Source: Eledone cirrhosa (lineage: Eukaryota). From it: a stretch of DNA of 64,000 nt. The notes under the pieces were generated by a model. It did not search any database. It had not been told where the DNA came from and saw nothing but the letters and a program-made list of their open reading frames with translations. A program made the translations under genes and the position numbers. This document shows, piece by piece, positions 39,170-57,057 of the stretch (positions are counted from its first letter, which is position 1; every line of letters begins with the position of its first letter). The stretch spans positions 23,684,001 through 23,748,000 of the forward strand of contig OZ024746.1 in the NCBI GenBank assembly GCA_964016885.1, given 5' to 3'.

Positions 39170-40433
39170 TCTTGAGGCAACAACATTCAGTCATGTCGAC
39201 GTAGAAAGTCTATATAATACAAACAACACACCAGTTAGTTAATTTATATATTTACTCTAGAATCGTTCAACTCATTCATCCACCGATTCGTTCTTTTCAA
39301 TTACTTATTTCTTCACTCACTCATTCATTCATTCATCCAGCAGCGCCTGGCTGTTTGATGATAATGTAAGGATTCGCTTTATTCCTCAACAGCAACGGTT
39401 GTTGCTTTACGCGGTGAAATAATATCCAGAATCTATTATCAGAATAATATACAAATAATACACGAACGGATTCGTTCATATTTTCTCTCCTTTTTTCGAC
39501 TTTCGCCAAAAATTCTAATATTTTCTGACAACATTACAAGAATACTGTTAGAATAATATTTATCTTTATTTAAAAAAACCCCAAAAAACCCATTGTTTTT
39601 CTTGTTATTGTTGTTATCAACATTACCGTCAATATTTATATTTTGATCTGGATCGATTATATATTTCCTCTCCAATATTATATTGTTGCCCCCCCCCCCC
39701 CCCCTCTTTCGATTTGCTCACCTAGTAAAATCGACCATCCCCCCCGTCTCCCCCCCTTCTTCCATGCTTTATATCAGATAATTGACTCCGTCGGAAGAAA
39801 CTGTAGGAAGGAACACATCTACTTTTCGGGGGAGATATTTTGGTGAAATACAAGGTTTCCCAAAGAAGTGGTTACTCGATAGTTAGTATCCGTAAAACAA
39901 CCAGCTTTTTATCGCTTCTCCCTCCAGTAACACAGAGCTGTTTGTTGCATATTTCGAAGAATCGGCAGGAAACGATGCTGACTTGCTGTTGTTTCTTGTA
40001 AACGACAGACACACCGAAGAATACACAGCGGCAGAGAAACAAAAACAATTCGTTCAATCAGTCACTAACACATTCTCTCTGTTTCAAATAATTGTGATTA
40101 TTGAAATAAACCGACAGAAAGAGAGATATAGAGACAGACAGACAGGCAGAAGGATATATATTTACATACAGGGAAAGGAATGACACAGTAATTCAATATG
40201 ATTCTTTCTAGAATCTCCTGAAATCGAAGCTAAATCTTTCATAATGGAAATATATAGGTTTGACCAAAAATATATTAACGCTCCTTGATGATTTCACAAG
40301 AACTTGGACTTTAAGTGTGTGGGTGGAAATTTTAATTCGGGGACCTAGGTTTCAGCCGTGGTCGTTTCTCATAAGAAGAACTTAAATTTACACCCAGTCT
40401 CGCAGCTTTTTTCATTTCGTTCAGAGATCGGAA
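39170..40433. promoter_or_regulatory. Unique, relatively CpG-rich, TE-free region upstream of the ankyrin exon (candidate promoter / 5' UTR)
   Basis: Many CG dinucleotides compared with the flanks and no SINE or LINE insertions; an acceptor-like ttttcatttcgttcag lies 9 nt before the ATG. Confidence 0.45.
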
Positions 40434-40945
40434 ATGCCTTCAGTCTCTGCTAGTTCCAAGGTGGTCCAAAAAGCACTGACTGCGGCCAAATGCGGTGACC
40501 TGAAGGTTTTAGAATCATTTGGAAAAGCACAGTCTTTACACGACAGTGTTGTCGATGACTATGGTGCTAGTTGTGTACACTATGGTGCCAGGAGTAACAA
40601 CGTTGCGGTACTGGAATTATTGGTTTGTCATCTAGGACTGAGCGCTAGTAAACGGACATGTGTCGGAGCAACTCCATTACATGACGCTGCAGCTAGCGGC
40701 TCTTTACATACGTTAAGATGGCTGTTAGAAGAAGCTGGGGTACAAGTAGACGAAGAGGATGATTTTGGCTTAACTGCTGTCCATCTGGCTGCCAAATATG
40801 GCCATAGTTTTGTTTTGAACTGGTTATTAGAGGAGACTTGCTGTGATATTATGAAACGGAGTACCAGTGGGGCATTGCCGTTACACTTCGCTGTAGTCGG
40901 CGGTTGTCTGCAAGCGGTGAAACTTCTCATTAAAGAAGCACCAAG
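40434..40945 (+). CDS. espn: First coding exon of an espin/forked-like ankyrin-repeat actin-bundling protein
   Basis: About five ankyrin repeats: KALTAAKCGDL, GASCVHYGAR, GATPLHDAAASGSLHTLRWLL, GLTAVHLAAKYGH..VLNWLL and GALPLHFA. These are colinear with the espin N-terminus as I recall it. The ORF ends at a consensus donor, AAG|GTAAGT (phase 2). No downstream exon is recognisable in the window. Confidence 0.85.
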
Positions 40946-41088
40946 GTAAGTATTTATGGTTATTTATATAGCTGCCACCCACCTATTATTATTATTGTTG
41001 TTGTTGTTATGTTTCTAATTTAAAACTTGATAATTACGTGAACGTTTGGAAAATAATTTAAATATATTTATGCAATTATAACAGAGGA

Positions 41089-41182
<94 letters not shown>

Positions 41183-41428
41183 AGAAAGATCGAGTATCGA
41201 AAAATCGGCGCACGAGTTAACGAAAAACGAAATCCGATATGAGCGGCAGAGGGCTCAATAATTCAGATGAATCAGAGCTATAACTATCGTTAAAATACCA
41301 TCACATATAGAACAAGTCTACAATCAACCATACGATTTAAAATCGATAAAGGAAGATTCGGGCCAAACAGATAAAAAATATCAATAAAACAATACGTCAA
41401 TAATTTAATATACATATATATATATGTG

Positions 41429-41459
<31 letters not shown>

Positions 41460-41500
41460 GTGTATAGATATGTATATATATGTGTATATATATGTATATA

Positions 41501-41537
<37 letters not shown>

Positions 41538-41774
41538 ATAGATATACATGTATATATATATATATATATATATGTGTATAGATATATATGTATAGATATG
41601 TGTATAGATATATATATATAGATTTATATATATATATATATATATGTGTATAGATATATATATATATATATGTGTACAGATATATATATATATATATATG
41701 TAGATAAATCTACCAAGAGTTTACGGTAGTGTCCAATCCGTATGAAGAACTCAATGTAATATATCTGTACACAC

Positions 41775-41825
<51 letters not shown>

Positions 41826-41846
41826 ATACACATATATATATCTATA

Positions 41847-41887
<41 letters not shown>

Positions 41888-41917
41888 ATACACATATATA
41901 TATATATATCATGATGA

Positions 41918-41953
<36 letters not shown>

Positions 41954-41989
41954 TCATCATCATGATATATGTATATATATATATATGTG

Positions 41990-42028
<39 letters not shown>

Positions 42029-42041
42029 GTATATATATGTG

Positions 42042-42076
<35 letters not shown>

Positions 42077-42278
42077 GTGTATATATATATATATGTGTAT
42101 ATATATGTATATATATATATGTATATATATGTGTGTATATATATATATATGTGTATATATATATTATATATGTGTATATATATATATATATGTGTATATA
42201 TATATATATATATGTGTATATATATATATATATATGTGTATATATATGTATATATATATGTATATATATATATGTGTG

Positions 42279-42309
<31 letters not shown>

Positions 42310-42314
42310 GTGTG

Positions 42315-42364
<50 letters not shown>

Positions 42365-42616
42365 CACATATATATATATATGTATATATATATGTATATA
42401 TATATGTATATATATATACATATATATATACATATATATGTATATATATATGTATATATATATGTATATATATATGTATATGTATATATATATGTGTATA
42501 TATATATGTATATATATATATGTATATATATATGTATATATATATATGTATATATATATATGTATATATATATATGTATATATATATATGTATATATATA
42601 TGTATATATATGTCTG

Positions 42617-42729
<113 letters not shown>

Positions 42730-42747
42730 ATATATACTATATATATG

Positions 42748-42852
<105 letters not shown>

Positions 42853-42865
42853 GTATATATATATG

Positions 42866-42914
<49 letters not shown>

Positions 42915-42974
42915 GTATGCTATATATATATATGTATGTATATATATATATGTATGTATATATCTATATATATG

Positions 42975-43077
<103 letters not shown>

Positions 43078-43141
43078 GTGTATATATATATATATGTGTA
43101 TATATAATATATGTATATAATATGTGTATATATGTATATAA

Positions 43142-43700
43142 ATATTGTTATACTTTGGGAGGTCATGTTGCCAATAAGAATCACACGCACCAGTTGCTTT
43201 CACTTCAATTTAATTTAATATATATTTATAAATTACAAATTTATAAATTTCTGGTTGTTGGTTGGTTCCACAACCAGATAGTTGTTTATATATCTATAGT
43301 CATAGTTCTTTCGTCACACACTCTGTGACCTCTTCAGTGACTGGGGATTTCTTCTTCGTTACTGTGCCTTTCCTTTCTTCTATCCTACACAAACAAAATG
43401 GCGTAGGATAGAAGAAAGGAAAGGCACAGAAACGAAGAAAGAAATCCCCAGTCACTGAAGAGGTCACAGAGTGTGTGACGAAAGAACTATGACTATATAT
43501 ATATAAACAACTATCTGGTTGTGGAACCAACCAACCAACCAGAATTTATAAATTTGTAAATTTATAAATATATATTAATTAAATTGAAGTGAAGCAACTG
43601 GTGCGTGTGTTTCTTATTGGCAACATGACCCTCCAAAGTATAACAATATCGGTTTCAACACACGATTTCAGATAAAGAATCTTGCTAAACAAATTCAGAA
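43142..43700 (+). mobile_element. Fold-back element 2: ~247-bp inverted arms, hammerhead in both arms, ORF-start tail
   Basis: Arms 43142-43388 and 43403-43649, 14-nt loop acaaacaaaatggc; termini and tail are homologous to element 1. Confidence 0.82.
43450..43494 (+). ncRNA. Minimal type-I hammerhead ribozyme (mirror copy on the minus strand at 43298-43342)
   Basis: agtca-CTGAAGA-g-gtcac/agagtgt/gtgac-GAAA-gaac-TA-tgact; stem I agtca/tgact is perfect. Confidence 0.8.
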
Positions 43701-43712
43701 ATGTATATAATA

Positions 43713-43763
<51 letters not shown>

Positions 43764-43940
43764 TTGTATATATATATATATGTGTATATATATATATATG
43801 TGTATATATATATATGTGTATATATATATATATGTGTATATATATATATATGTGTATATATATATATATGTGTATATATATATATATGTGTATATATATA
43901 TATATGTGTATATATATATATATATGTGTATATATATATA

Positions 43941-43971
<31 letters not shown>

Positions 43972-44075
43972 GTGTATATATATGTATATATATATGTATA
44001 TATATCTGTATATATATATATATATGTTATATATATGTATATATATATGTATATATATGTGTATATATATATATA

Positions 44076-44120
<45 letters not shown>

Positions 44121-44187
44121 ATATATATATATATATATATGTGTATATATATATGTATATATATATATGTATATATATATATGTGTG

Positions 44188-44218
<31 letters not shown>

Positions 44219-44388
44219 GTGTGTATATATATATATATGTATATATATATATACACATGTATATATATATGTATATATAATATGTATATATATATGTATA
44301 TATATATGTATATATATATGTATATATATGTATATATATATATATATATATATGTATATGTATATATATATATGTATATATATGTATA

Positions 44389-44425
<37 letters not shown>

Positions 44426-44432
44426 GTATATA

Positions 44433-44481
<49 letters not shown>

Positions 44482-44550
44482 GTATATATATATATGTATA
44501 TATATGTATATATATATGTATATATATATATGTATATATATATATGTATG

Positions 44551-44603
<53 letters not shown>

Positions 44604-44623
44604 GTATATATATAATATATATG

Positions 44624-44656
<33 letters not shown>

Positions 44657-45039
44657 GAATATATATATGTATATATATATATATGTGTATATATATATGT
44701 GTATATATATATATATATGTGTATATATATATATGTATATATATGTGTGTATATATATATATATGTATATATATGTGTATATATATATATATATGTATAT
44801 ATATGTGTATATATATATGTATATATATGTGTATATATATATGTATATATATGTGTATATATATATATGTATATATATGTGTATATATATATATGTATAT
44901 ATATGTGTATATATATATATATATGTATATATATATGTATATATAAATATGTATATATATGTATATATATGTGTATATATATATATATATGTATATATAT
45001 ATGTATATATAAATATGTATATATATGTATATATATATG

Positions 45040-45072
<33 letters not shown>

Positions 45073-45225
45073 GTGTATATATATATATATGTGTATATAT
45101 ATATATATGTGTATATATATATATATGTGTATATATATATATATGTGTATATATATATATGTGTATATATATATATATGTGTATATATATATATATGTGT
45201 GTATATATATGTGTGTATATATATA

Positions 45226-45264
<39 letters not shown>

Positions 45265-45348
45265 ATATATATATATGTGTATATATATATATATATGTGT
45301 ATATATATATGTATATGTATGTGTATATATATATATTATATGTGTATA

Positions 45349-45381
<33 letters not shown>

Positions 45382-45610
45382 GTGTGTATATATGTATGTA
45401 TATATATATATATATGTGTGTATATATGTATGTATATATATATGTATATATGTGTATATGTATATATGTGTATATATATGTGTATATATATATATGTATG
45501 TGTATATATATATATATATATATGTATATATGTGTATATGTATATATGTGTATATGTATATATGTGTATATATGTATATATGTGTATATATGTATATATG
45601 TGTATATATG

Positions 45611-45644
<34 letters not shown>

Positions 45645-45654
45645 TATATGTGTG

Positions 45655-45703
<49 letters not shown>

Positions 45704-45706
45704 TTG

Positions 45707-45763
<57 letters not shown>

Positions 45764-45836
45764 GTATATGTGTATATATATATGTATATATATATATGTA
45801 TATATATATATGTATATGTGTATATATATATGTATA

Positions 45837-45867
<31 letters not shown>

Positions 45868-45925
45868 GTATATGTGTATATATATATGTATATATTTATA
45901 TATATATGTGTATATATATGTGTAT

Positions 45926-45979
<54 letters not shown>

Positions 45980-46066
45980 GTATATATATATGTAATATAT
46001 AATGTATGTATGTATATATATATATGTATATATATATATGTATGTATGTATATATATGTATGTATG

Positions 46067-46136
<70 letters not shown>

Positions 46137-46144
46137 TATGTATG

Positions 46145-46215
<71 letters not shown>

Positions 46216-46218
46216 GTG

Positions 46219-46261
<43 letters not shown>

Positions 46262-46315
46262 GTGTATATATATATGTATATATATATATATTATATATAT
46301 GTATATATATATGTG

Positions 46316-46347
<32 letters not shown>

Positions 46348-46543
46348 TAAATATATATATATATACATATATATATACACACACATATTTGTGTGTGTGT
46401 GTATCTGCATATGTACACATATAAGTATGTCTGTATGTACACATATGTAAGTATGTCTGTATGTTTATATATATATATATATATAAATATATGCATATGA
46501 ATATATAGAGAAATGTATATATATATATATGTATATATGTGTG

Positions 46544-46617
<74 letters not shown>

Positions 46618-46980
46618 TATGTATATATATGTATGTATGATATGTATGTATGTATGTATATGTATGTATGTATATGTAAGTATGTATATATATATGTATG
46701 TATGTATGTATATATATGTATGTATATATGTATATATATGTATGTATATATATGTATATATGTATATATATGTAAGTATATATATATGTATATATATATG
46801 TATATATATATGTATATATATGTAATATATATGTATATATATATGTATATATGTATATATATATATATTATATGTATATATGTATATATTATATGTATAT
46901 ATGTATATATATATATATATGTATATATGTATATATTATATGTATATATATATATATATAATAAATTAACAAAGAACGCC

Positions 46981-47180
46981 NNNNNNNNNNNNNNNNNNNN
47001 NNNNNNNNNNNNNNNNNNNNNNNNNNNNNNNNNNNNNNNNNNNNNNNNNNNNNNNNNNNNNNNNNNNNNNNNNNNNNNNNNNNNNNNNNNNNNNNNNNNN
47101 NNNNNNNNNNNNNNNNNNNNNNNNNNNNNNNNNNNNNNNNNNNNNNNNNNNNNNNNNNNNNNNNNNNNNNNNNNNNNNNN
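46981..47180. other. Assembly gap (200 N)
   Basis: Run of n. Confidence 1.
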
Positions 47181-47361
47181 AAAAATGTAAAATTCATGTA
47201 TGTATATATATATATATGTATATGTATATATATATGTATATATATATATGTGTATGTATATATATATATGTTTATGTATACATATATATGTATATGTATA
47301 TGTATGTATGTAAAAATGTAAAATTCATGTATGTATATGTATATATATATGTATATATATC

Positions 47362-48090
47362 AAACTAACAGGTATGGAGAAATATGTATGCAGTAGATGT
47401 TCAGGGAAATTAGACAGTAGAAGTCGCATTGATAGACACATTTTTCAAGTGTAGGAGGGCGCTATAGAAGTGGTGGATAGCTTCCGGTACCTAGGAGATC
47501 AGATTAGCATGGGAGGAGGGTGTTCCGAGGCCATAGTATCTAGAATAAGGACGGGTTGGAAGAAGTTTAGGGAGCTGCTTCCTCTGTTGACAAAGAAGGG
47601 TTTCTCCCTGCGTACGAAAGGCCGCTTGTATGATGCCTGTGTGAGGAGCGCGATGCTGCATGCTAGTGAGACATGGCCAGCAACTGCAGAGGATATGCGA
47701 CGGCTGGAGAGAAATGAGGCAAGCATGCTCCGTTGGATGTGCAGTGTAAATGTGCGTGAACGACCCAGCTTAAATGTGTTGAGAGAGAAACTGTGTCTGA
47801 GAGGGATAGAATGTAGTGTACGGGAGAGGAGACTGAGGTGGTATGGACATATGATGCGCATGGAGGATGAACGATGGGTGAAGAAGTGCCAAGAAATGCC
47901 AGTTGAAGGAAGATGTGGTAGAGGTAGACCACGAAAAACATGGGCGGAGGTGGTGAGAATAGACCTCAGACCATTGAAGCTCACGGTGGAGATGACGAAG
48001 GACCGTGACGAGTGGAGAGATGCTGTGCTGAATAAGACCCGTCCCACCCTTGCAAGCAGGGAAAAGCGGACGTAAAATGATGATGATGAT
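47362..48090 (+). mobile_element. Young 5'-truncated RTE LINE, copy 1
   Basis: [13 protein letters not shown]...MLHASETW...RRLRWYGH...GRGRPRKTW...DRDEWR followed by a (gat)n tail. Confidence 0.92.
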
Positions 48091-48138
48091 AATATATATA
48101 TGTACATATATATGTATATATATATATATATATGTATA

Positions 48139-48179
<41 letters not shown>

Positions 48180-48180
48180 G

Positions 48181-48213
<33 letters not shown>

Positions 48214-48294
48214 GTATATATATGTATATATATATATGTATATATATATATATGTATATATATGTATATATATGTATATATATGTATATATATG

Positions 48295-48343
<49 letters not shown>

Positions 48344-48364
48344 GTATATATGTATATATATATG

Positions 48365-48455
<91 letters not shown>

Positions 48456-48832
48456 GTATATATGTATATATGTATATATATATGTATATATATATATATA
48501 TGTATATATGTATATATATATGTATATATATATCTATATGTATATATATGTATATATATGTATATATATGTATATATATATATATGTATATATGTATATA
48601 TATGTATATATATATATATATGTATATATATATGTATATATATGTATATATATGTATATATATATATATGTATATATGTATATATATGTATACATATATA
48701 TATATGTATACATATATATATATATGTATATATATATGTATATATATGTATATATATATATATATATGTGTGTATATATATATATGTGTGTATATATATA
48801 TATGTGTATATATATATGTGTATATATATGTG

Positions 48833-48868
<36 letters not shown>

Positions 48869-48904
48869 TGTGTGTATATATATATGTGTATATCTATATA
48901 TGTG

Positions 48905-48938
<34 letters not shown>

Positions 48939-49024
48939 TATGTGTGTATATATATATATATTTATATATATGTGTGTATATATATATATGTGTATATAAT
49001 TGCATTTCAATTAAAAAAAATTAA

Positions 49025-49054
<30 letters not shown>

Positions 49055-49055
<1 letters not shown>

Positions 49056-49284
49056 CACCTTTACCGACCAGTCAGTCAGGTGCCAATCAAGCCGCTGGTC
49101 ACAGATAACTCCATCCCACTGGTTAGGCGGACAGGCAGGTACTCATTCTACAGCTGAGTAAACTGGAGCAACGTGAAATAAAGGGTCTTGCTCAAGGAAA
49201 CAACACATCACCCGGTCCGAGAAGTGAACTCACAACCTTACGATTGCAAGCCCAATGCTCTAACCACTAAGCCATGCGCCTTCA
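49055..49284 (-). mobile_element. SINE with family-B head and CORE but a different 3' body (duplicated at 52313-52542)
   Basis: Minus strand reads gaaggcgcatggcttagtggttagagc...ccttgagcaagaccctttatttcac...gaatgagtacctgcctgtccgcc...ggtcggtaaagg. Confidence 0.75.
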
Positions 49285-49579
49285 CTATATATATGTGTGT
49301 ATATATATATATGTATATATATGTATATGTATATATATATGTGTATGTATATGTATATGTTTATGTATATATGTATATGTATATATATGTATATGTATGT
49401 AAAAATGTAAAATTCATGTATGTATATATATATATATGTATATGTATATATATATGTATATATATATATGTGTATGTATATATATATGTTTATGTATACA
49501 TATATATGTATATGTATATGTATGTATGTAAAAATGTAAAATTCATGTATGTATATGTATATATATATGTATATATATC

Positions 49580-50280
49580 AAACTAACAGGTATGGAGAAA
49601 TATGTATGCAGTAGATGTTCAGGGAAATTAGACAGTAGAAGTCGCATTGATAGACACATTTTTCAAGTGTAGGAGGGCGCTATAGAAGTGGTGGATAGCT
49701 TCCGGTACCTAGGAGATCAGATTAGCATGGGAGGAGGGTGTTCCGAGGCCATAGTATCTAGAATAAGGACGGGTTGGAAGAAGTTTAGGGAGCTGCTTCC
49801 TCTGTTGACAAAGAAGGGTTTCTCCCTGCGTACGAAAGGCCGCTTGTATGATGCCTGTGTGAGGAGCGCGATGCTGCATGCTAGTGAGACATGGCCAGCA
49901 ACTGCAGAGGATATGCGACGGCTGGAGAGAAATGAGGCAAGCATGCTCCGTTGGATGTGCAGTGTAAATGTGCGTGAACGACCCAGCTTAAATGTGTTGA
50001 GAGAGAAACTGTGTCTGAGAGGGATAGAATGTAGTGTACGGGAGAGGAGACTGAGGTGGTATGGACATATGATGCGCATGGAGGATGAACGATGGGTGAA
50101 GAAGTGCCAAGAAATGCCAGTTGAAGGAAGATGTGGTAGAGGTAGACCACGAAAAACATGGGCGGAGGTGGTGAGAATAGACCTCAGACCATTGAAGCTC
50201 ACGGTGGAGATGACGAAGGACCGTGACGAGTGGAGAGATGCTGTGCTGAATAAGACCCGTCCCACCCTTGCAAGCAGGGA
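49580..50280 (+). mobile_element. RTE copy 2 (tail fused to the SINE head fragment)
   Basis: Matches copy 1 up to caagcaggga, then jumps to ttgcaagcccaatgc. Confidence 0.9.
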
Positions 50281-50618
50281 TTGCAAGCCCAATGCTCTAA
50301 CCACTAAGCCATGCGCCTTCACTATATATATGTGTGTATATATATATATGTATATATATGTATATGTATATATATATGTGTATGTATATGTATATGTTTA
50401 TGTATATATGTATATGTATATATATGTATATGTATGTAAAAATGTAAAATTCATGTATGTATATATATATATATGTATATGTATATATATATGTATATAT
50501 ATATATGTGTATGTATATATATATATGTTTATGTATACATATATATGTATATGTATATGTATGTATGTAAAAATGTAAAATTCATGTATGTATATGTATA
50601 TATATATGTATATATATC

Positions 50619-51348
50619 AAACTAACAGGTATGGAGAAATATGTATGCAGTAGATGTTCAGGGAAATTAGACAGTAGAAGTCGCATTGATAGACACATTT
50701 TTCAAGTGTAGGAGGGCGCTATAGAAGTGGTGGATAGCTTCCGGTACCTAGGAGATCAGATTAGCATGGGAGGAGGGTGTTCCGAGGCCATAGTATCTAG
50801 AATAAGGACGGGTTGGAAGAAGTTTAGGGAGCTGCTTCCTCTGTTGACAAAGAAGGGTTTCTCCCTGCGTACGAAAGGCCGCTTGTATGATGCCTGTGTG
50901 AGGAGCGCGATGCTGCATGCTAGTGAGACATGGCCAGCAACTGCAGAGGATATGCGACGGCTGGAGAGAAATGAGGCAAGCATGCTCCGTTGGATGTGCA
51001 GTGTAAATGTGCTGTGAACGACCCAGCTTAAATGTGTTGAGAGAGAAACTGTGTCTGAGAGGGATAGAATGTAGTGTACGGGAGAGGAGACTGAGGTGGT
51101 ATGGACATATGATGCGCATGGAGGATGAACGATGGGTGAAGAAGTGCCAAGAAATGCCAGTTGAAGGAAGATGTGGTAGAGGTAGACCACGAAAAACATG
51201 GGCGGAGGTGGTGAGAATAGACCTCAGACCATTGAAGCTCACGGTGGAGATGACGAAGGACCGTGACGAGTGGAGAGATGCTGTGCTGAATAAGACCCGT
51301 CCCACCCTTGCAAGCAGGGAAAAGCGGACGTAAAATGATGATGATGAT
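50619..51348 (+). mobile_element. RTE copy 3 (1-bp insertion near 51013)
   Basis: Matches copy 1 except for gtgctgtgaacg. Confidence 0.9.
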
Positions 51349-51396
51349 AATATATATATGTACATATATATGTATATATATATATATATATGTATA

Positions 51397-51437
<41 letters not shown>

Positions 51438-51438
51438 G

Positions 51439-51471
<33 letters not shown>

Positions 51472-51552
51472 GTATATATATGTATATATATATATGTATA
51501 TATATATATATGTATATATATGTATATATATGTATATATATGTATATATATG

Positions 51553-51601
<49 letters not shown>

Positions 51602-51622
51602 GTATATATGTATATATATATG

Positions 51623-51713
<91 letters not shown>

Positions 51714-52090
51714 GTATATATGTATATATGTATATATATATGTATATATATATATATATGTATATATGTATATATATATGTATATATATATCTATATGTA
51801 TATATATGTATATATATGTATATATATGTATATATATATATATGTATATATGTATATATATGTATATATATATATATATGTATATATATATGTATATATA
51901 TGTATATATATGTATATATATATATATGTATATATGTATATATATGTATACATATATATATATGTATACATATATATATATATGTATATATATATGTATA
52001 TATATGTATATATATATATATATATGTGTGTATATATATATATGTGTGTATATATATATATGTGTATATATATATGTGTATATATATGTG

Positions 52091-52126
<36 letters not shown>

Positions 52127-52162
52127 TGTGTGTATATATATATGTGTATATCTATATATGTG

Positions 52163-52196
<34 letters not shown>

Positions 52197-52282
52197 TATG
52201 TGTGTATATATATATATATTTATATATATGTGTGTATATATATATATGTGTATATAATTGCATTTCAATTAAAAAAAATTAA

Positions 52283-52313
<31 letters not shown>

Positions 52314-52837
52314 CACCTTTACCGACCAGTCAGTCAGGTGCCAATCAAGCCGCTGGTCACAGATAACTCCATCCCACTGGTTAGGCGGACAGGCAGGTAC
52401 TCATTCTACAGCTGAGTAAACTGGAGCAACGTGAAATAAAGGGTCTTGCTCAAGGAAACAACACATCACCCGGTCCGAGAAGTGAACTCACAACCTTACG
52501 ATTGCAAGCCCAATGCTCTAACCACTAAGCCATGCGCCTTCACTATATATATGTGTGTATATATATATATGTATATATATGTATATGTATATATATATGT
52601 GTATGTATATGTATATGTTTATGTATATATGTATATGTATATATATGTATATGTATGTAAAAATGTAAAATTCATGTATGTATATATATATATATGTATA
52701 TGTATATATATATGTATATATATATATGTGTATGTATATATATATGTTTATGTATACATATATATGTATATGTATATGTATGTATGTAAAAATGTAAAAT
52801 TCATGTATGTATATGTATATATATATGTATATATATC

Positions 52838-53566
52838 AAACTAACAGGTATGGAGAAATATGTATGCAGTAGATGTTCAGGAAATTAGACAGTAGAAGTC
52901 GCATTGATAGACACATTTTTCAAGTGTAGGAGGGCGCTATAGAAGTGGTGGATAGCTTCCGGTACCTAGGAGATCAGATTAGCATGGGAGGAGGGTGTTC
53001 CGAGGCCATAGTATCTAGAATAAGGACGGGTTGGAAGAAGTTTAGGGAGCTGCTTCCTCTGTTGACAAAGAAGGGTTTCTCCCTGCGTACGAAAGGCCGC
53101 TTGTATGATGCCTGTGTGAGGAGCGCGATGCTGCATGCTAGTGAGACATGGCCAGCAACTGCAGAGGATATGCGACGGCTGGAGAGAAATGAGGCAAGCA
53201 TGCTCCGTTGGATGTGCAGTGTAAATGTGCGTGAACGACCCAGCTTAAATGTGTTGAGAGAGAAACTGTGTCTGAGAGGGATAGAATGTAGTGTACGGGA
53301 GAGGAGACTGAGGTGGTATGGACATATGATGCGCATGGAGGATGAACGATGGGTGAAGAAGTGCCAAGAAATGCCAGTTGAAGGAAGATGTGGTAGAGGT
53401 AGACCACGAAAAACATGGGCGGAGGTGGTGAGAATAGACCTCAGACCATTGAAGCTCACGGTGGAGATGACGAAGGACCGTGACGAGTGGAGAGATGCTG
53501 TGCTGAATAAGACCCGTCCCACCCTTGCAAGCAGGGAAAAGCGGACGTAAAATGATGATGATGATA
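52838..53566 (+). mobile_element. RTE copy 4
   Basis: Matches copy 1 except for a 1-bp deletion near 52880. Confidence 0.9.
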
Positions 53567-56042
<2,476 letters not shown>

Positions 56043-56385
56043 ATTCATTCATTTCATTTCACTTTACGTCCGCTTTTCCCTGCTTGCAAGGGTGGGACGG
56101 GAACTGATTCTGGCTTGATTTCTACAGCTGGATGCCCTTCCTAACACCAACCTCATTTACAGTGAGTGCTGGGTGCTTTTTTTGCCGTGGCACCTCCACG
56201 ACCACTTTACAGTGGAATGATAGCGACACCAGTCCCTATCATCTCATTTCTACAGCTGAGTAAACTGGAGCAATGTGAAATAAAGTGTCTTGCTCAAGGA
56301 AACAACACATCACCCGGTCTGAGAATTGAACTCACAACCTTTCGATTGCAAGGCCAATGCTCTAACCACTAAGCCACGTGCCTCC
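56043..56385 (-). mobile_element. SINE B copy
   Basis: Full-length match to family B. Confidence 0.9.
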
Positions 56386-56702
56386 TTTGAATTAATATTA
56401 CTCACTCCGGAAAACCATTACTGTAGAGTGCTTCTAATCTATTCTAAAACTTTATTCTTTGATTTATTCATTGAACCTTGTTTAACCTTTAAATATATAT
56501 ATATAATATATGTATGTATGTGTATATATATCTATGTGTATATATATGTATGTGTATATATATGTATGTATATATATATATGTATGTGTATATATATGTA
56601 CGTATACATATATATATATGTATATATATATGTGTATATATATGTACGTATACATATATATGTATGTATATATATATGTGTGTATATGTATGTATGTATA
56701 TA

Positions 56703-56741
<39 letters not shown>

Positions 56742-57057
56742 ATATATATATGTATGTATATATATGTAAACGTATGTGTATATATGTACATTTATGTATA
56801 TGTATGTATGTATAATGTATATATATGTGTGTATATATATGTGTGTATATATATGTGTATATATATATGTGTGTGTGTATATATATGTGTATATATATAT
56901 GTGTGTGTATATACATATATATATATGCATATATATGTATATATATACATGTATATATATATATGTATGTATATGTATATATATATATGTATATATATAT
57001 GTGTATATACATATATGTGTATATACATATATGTGTATATATACATATATGTATATC

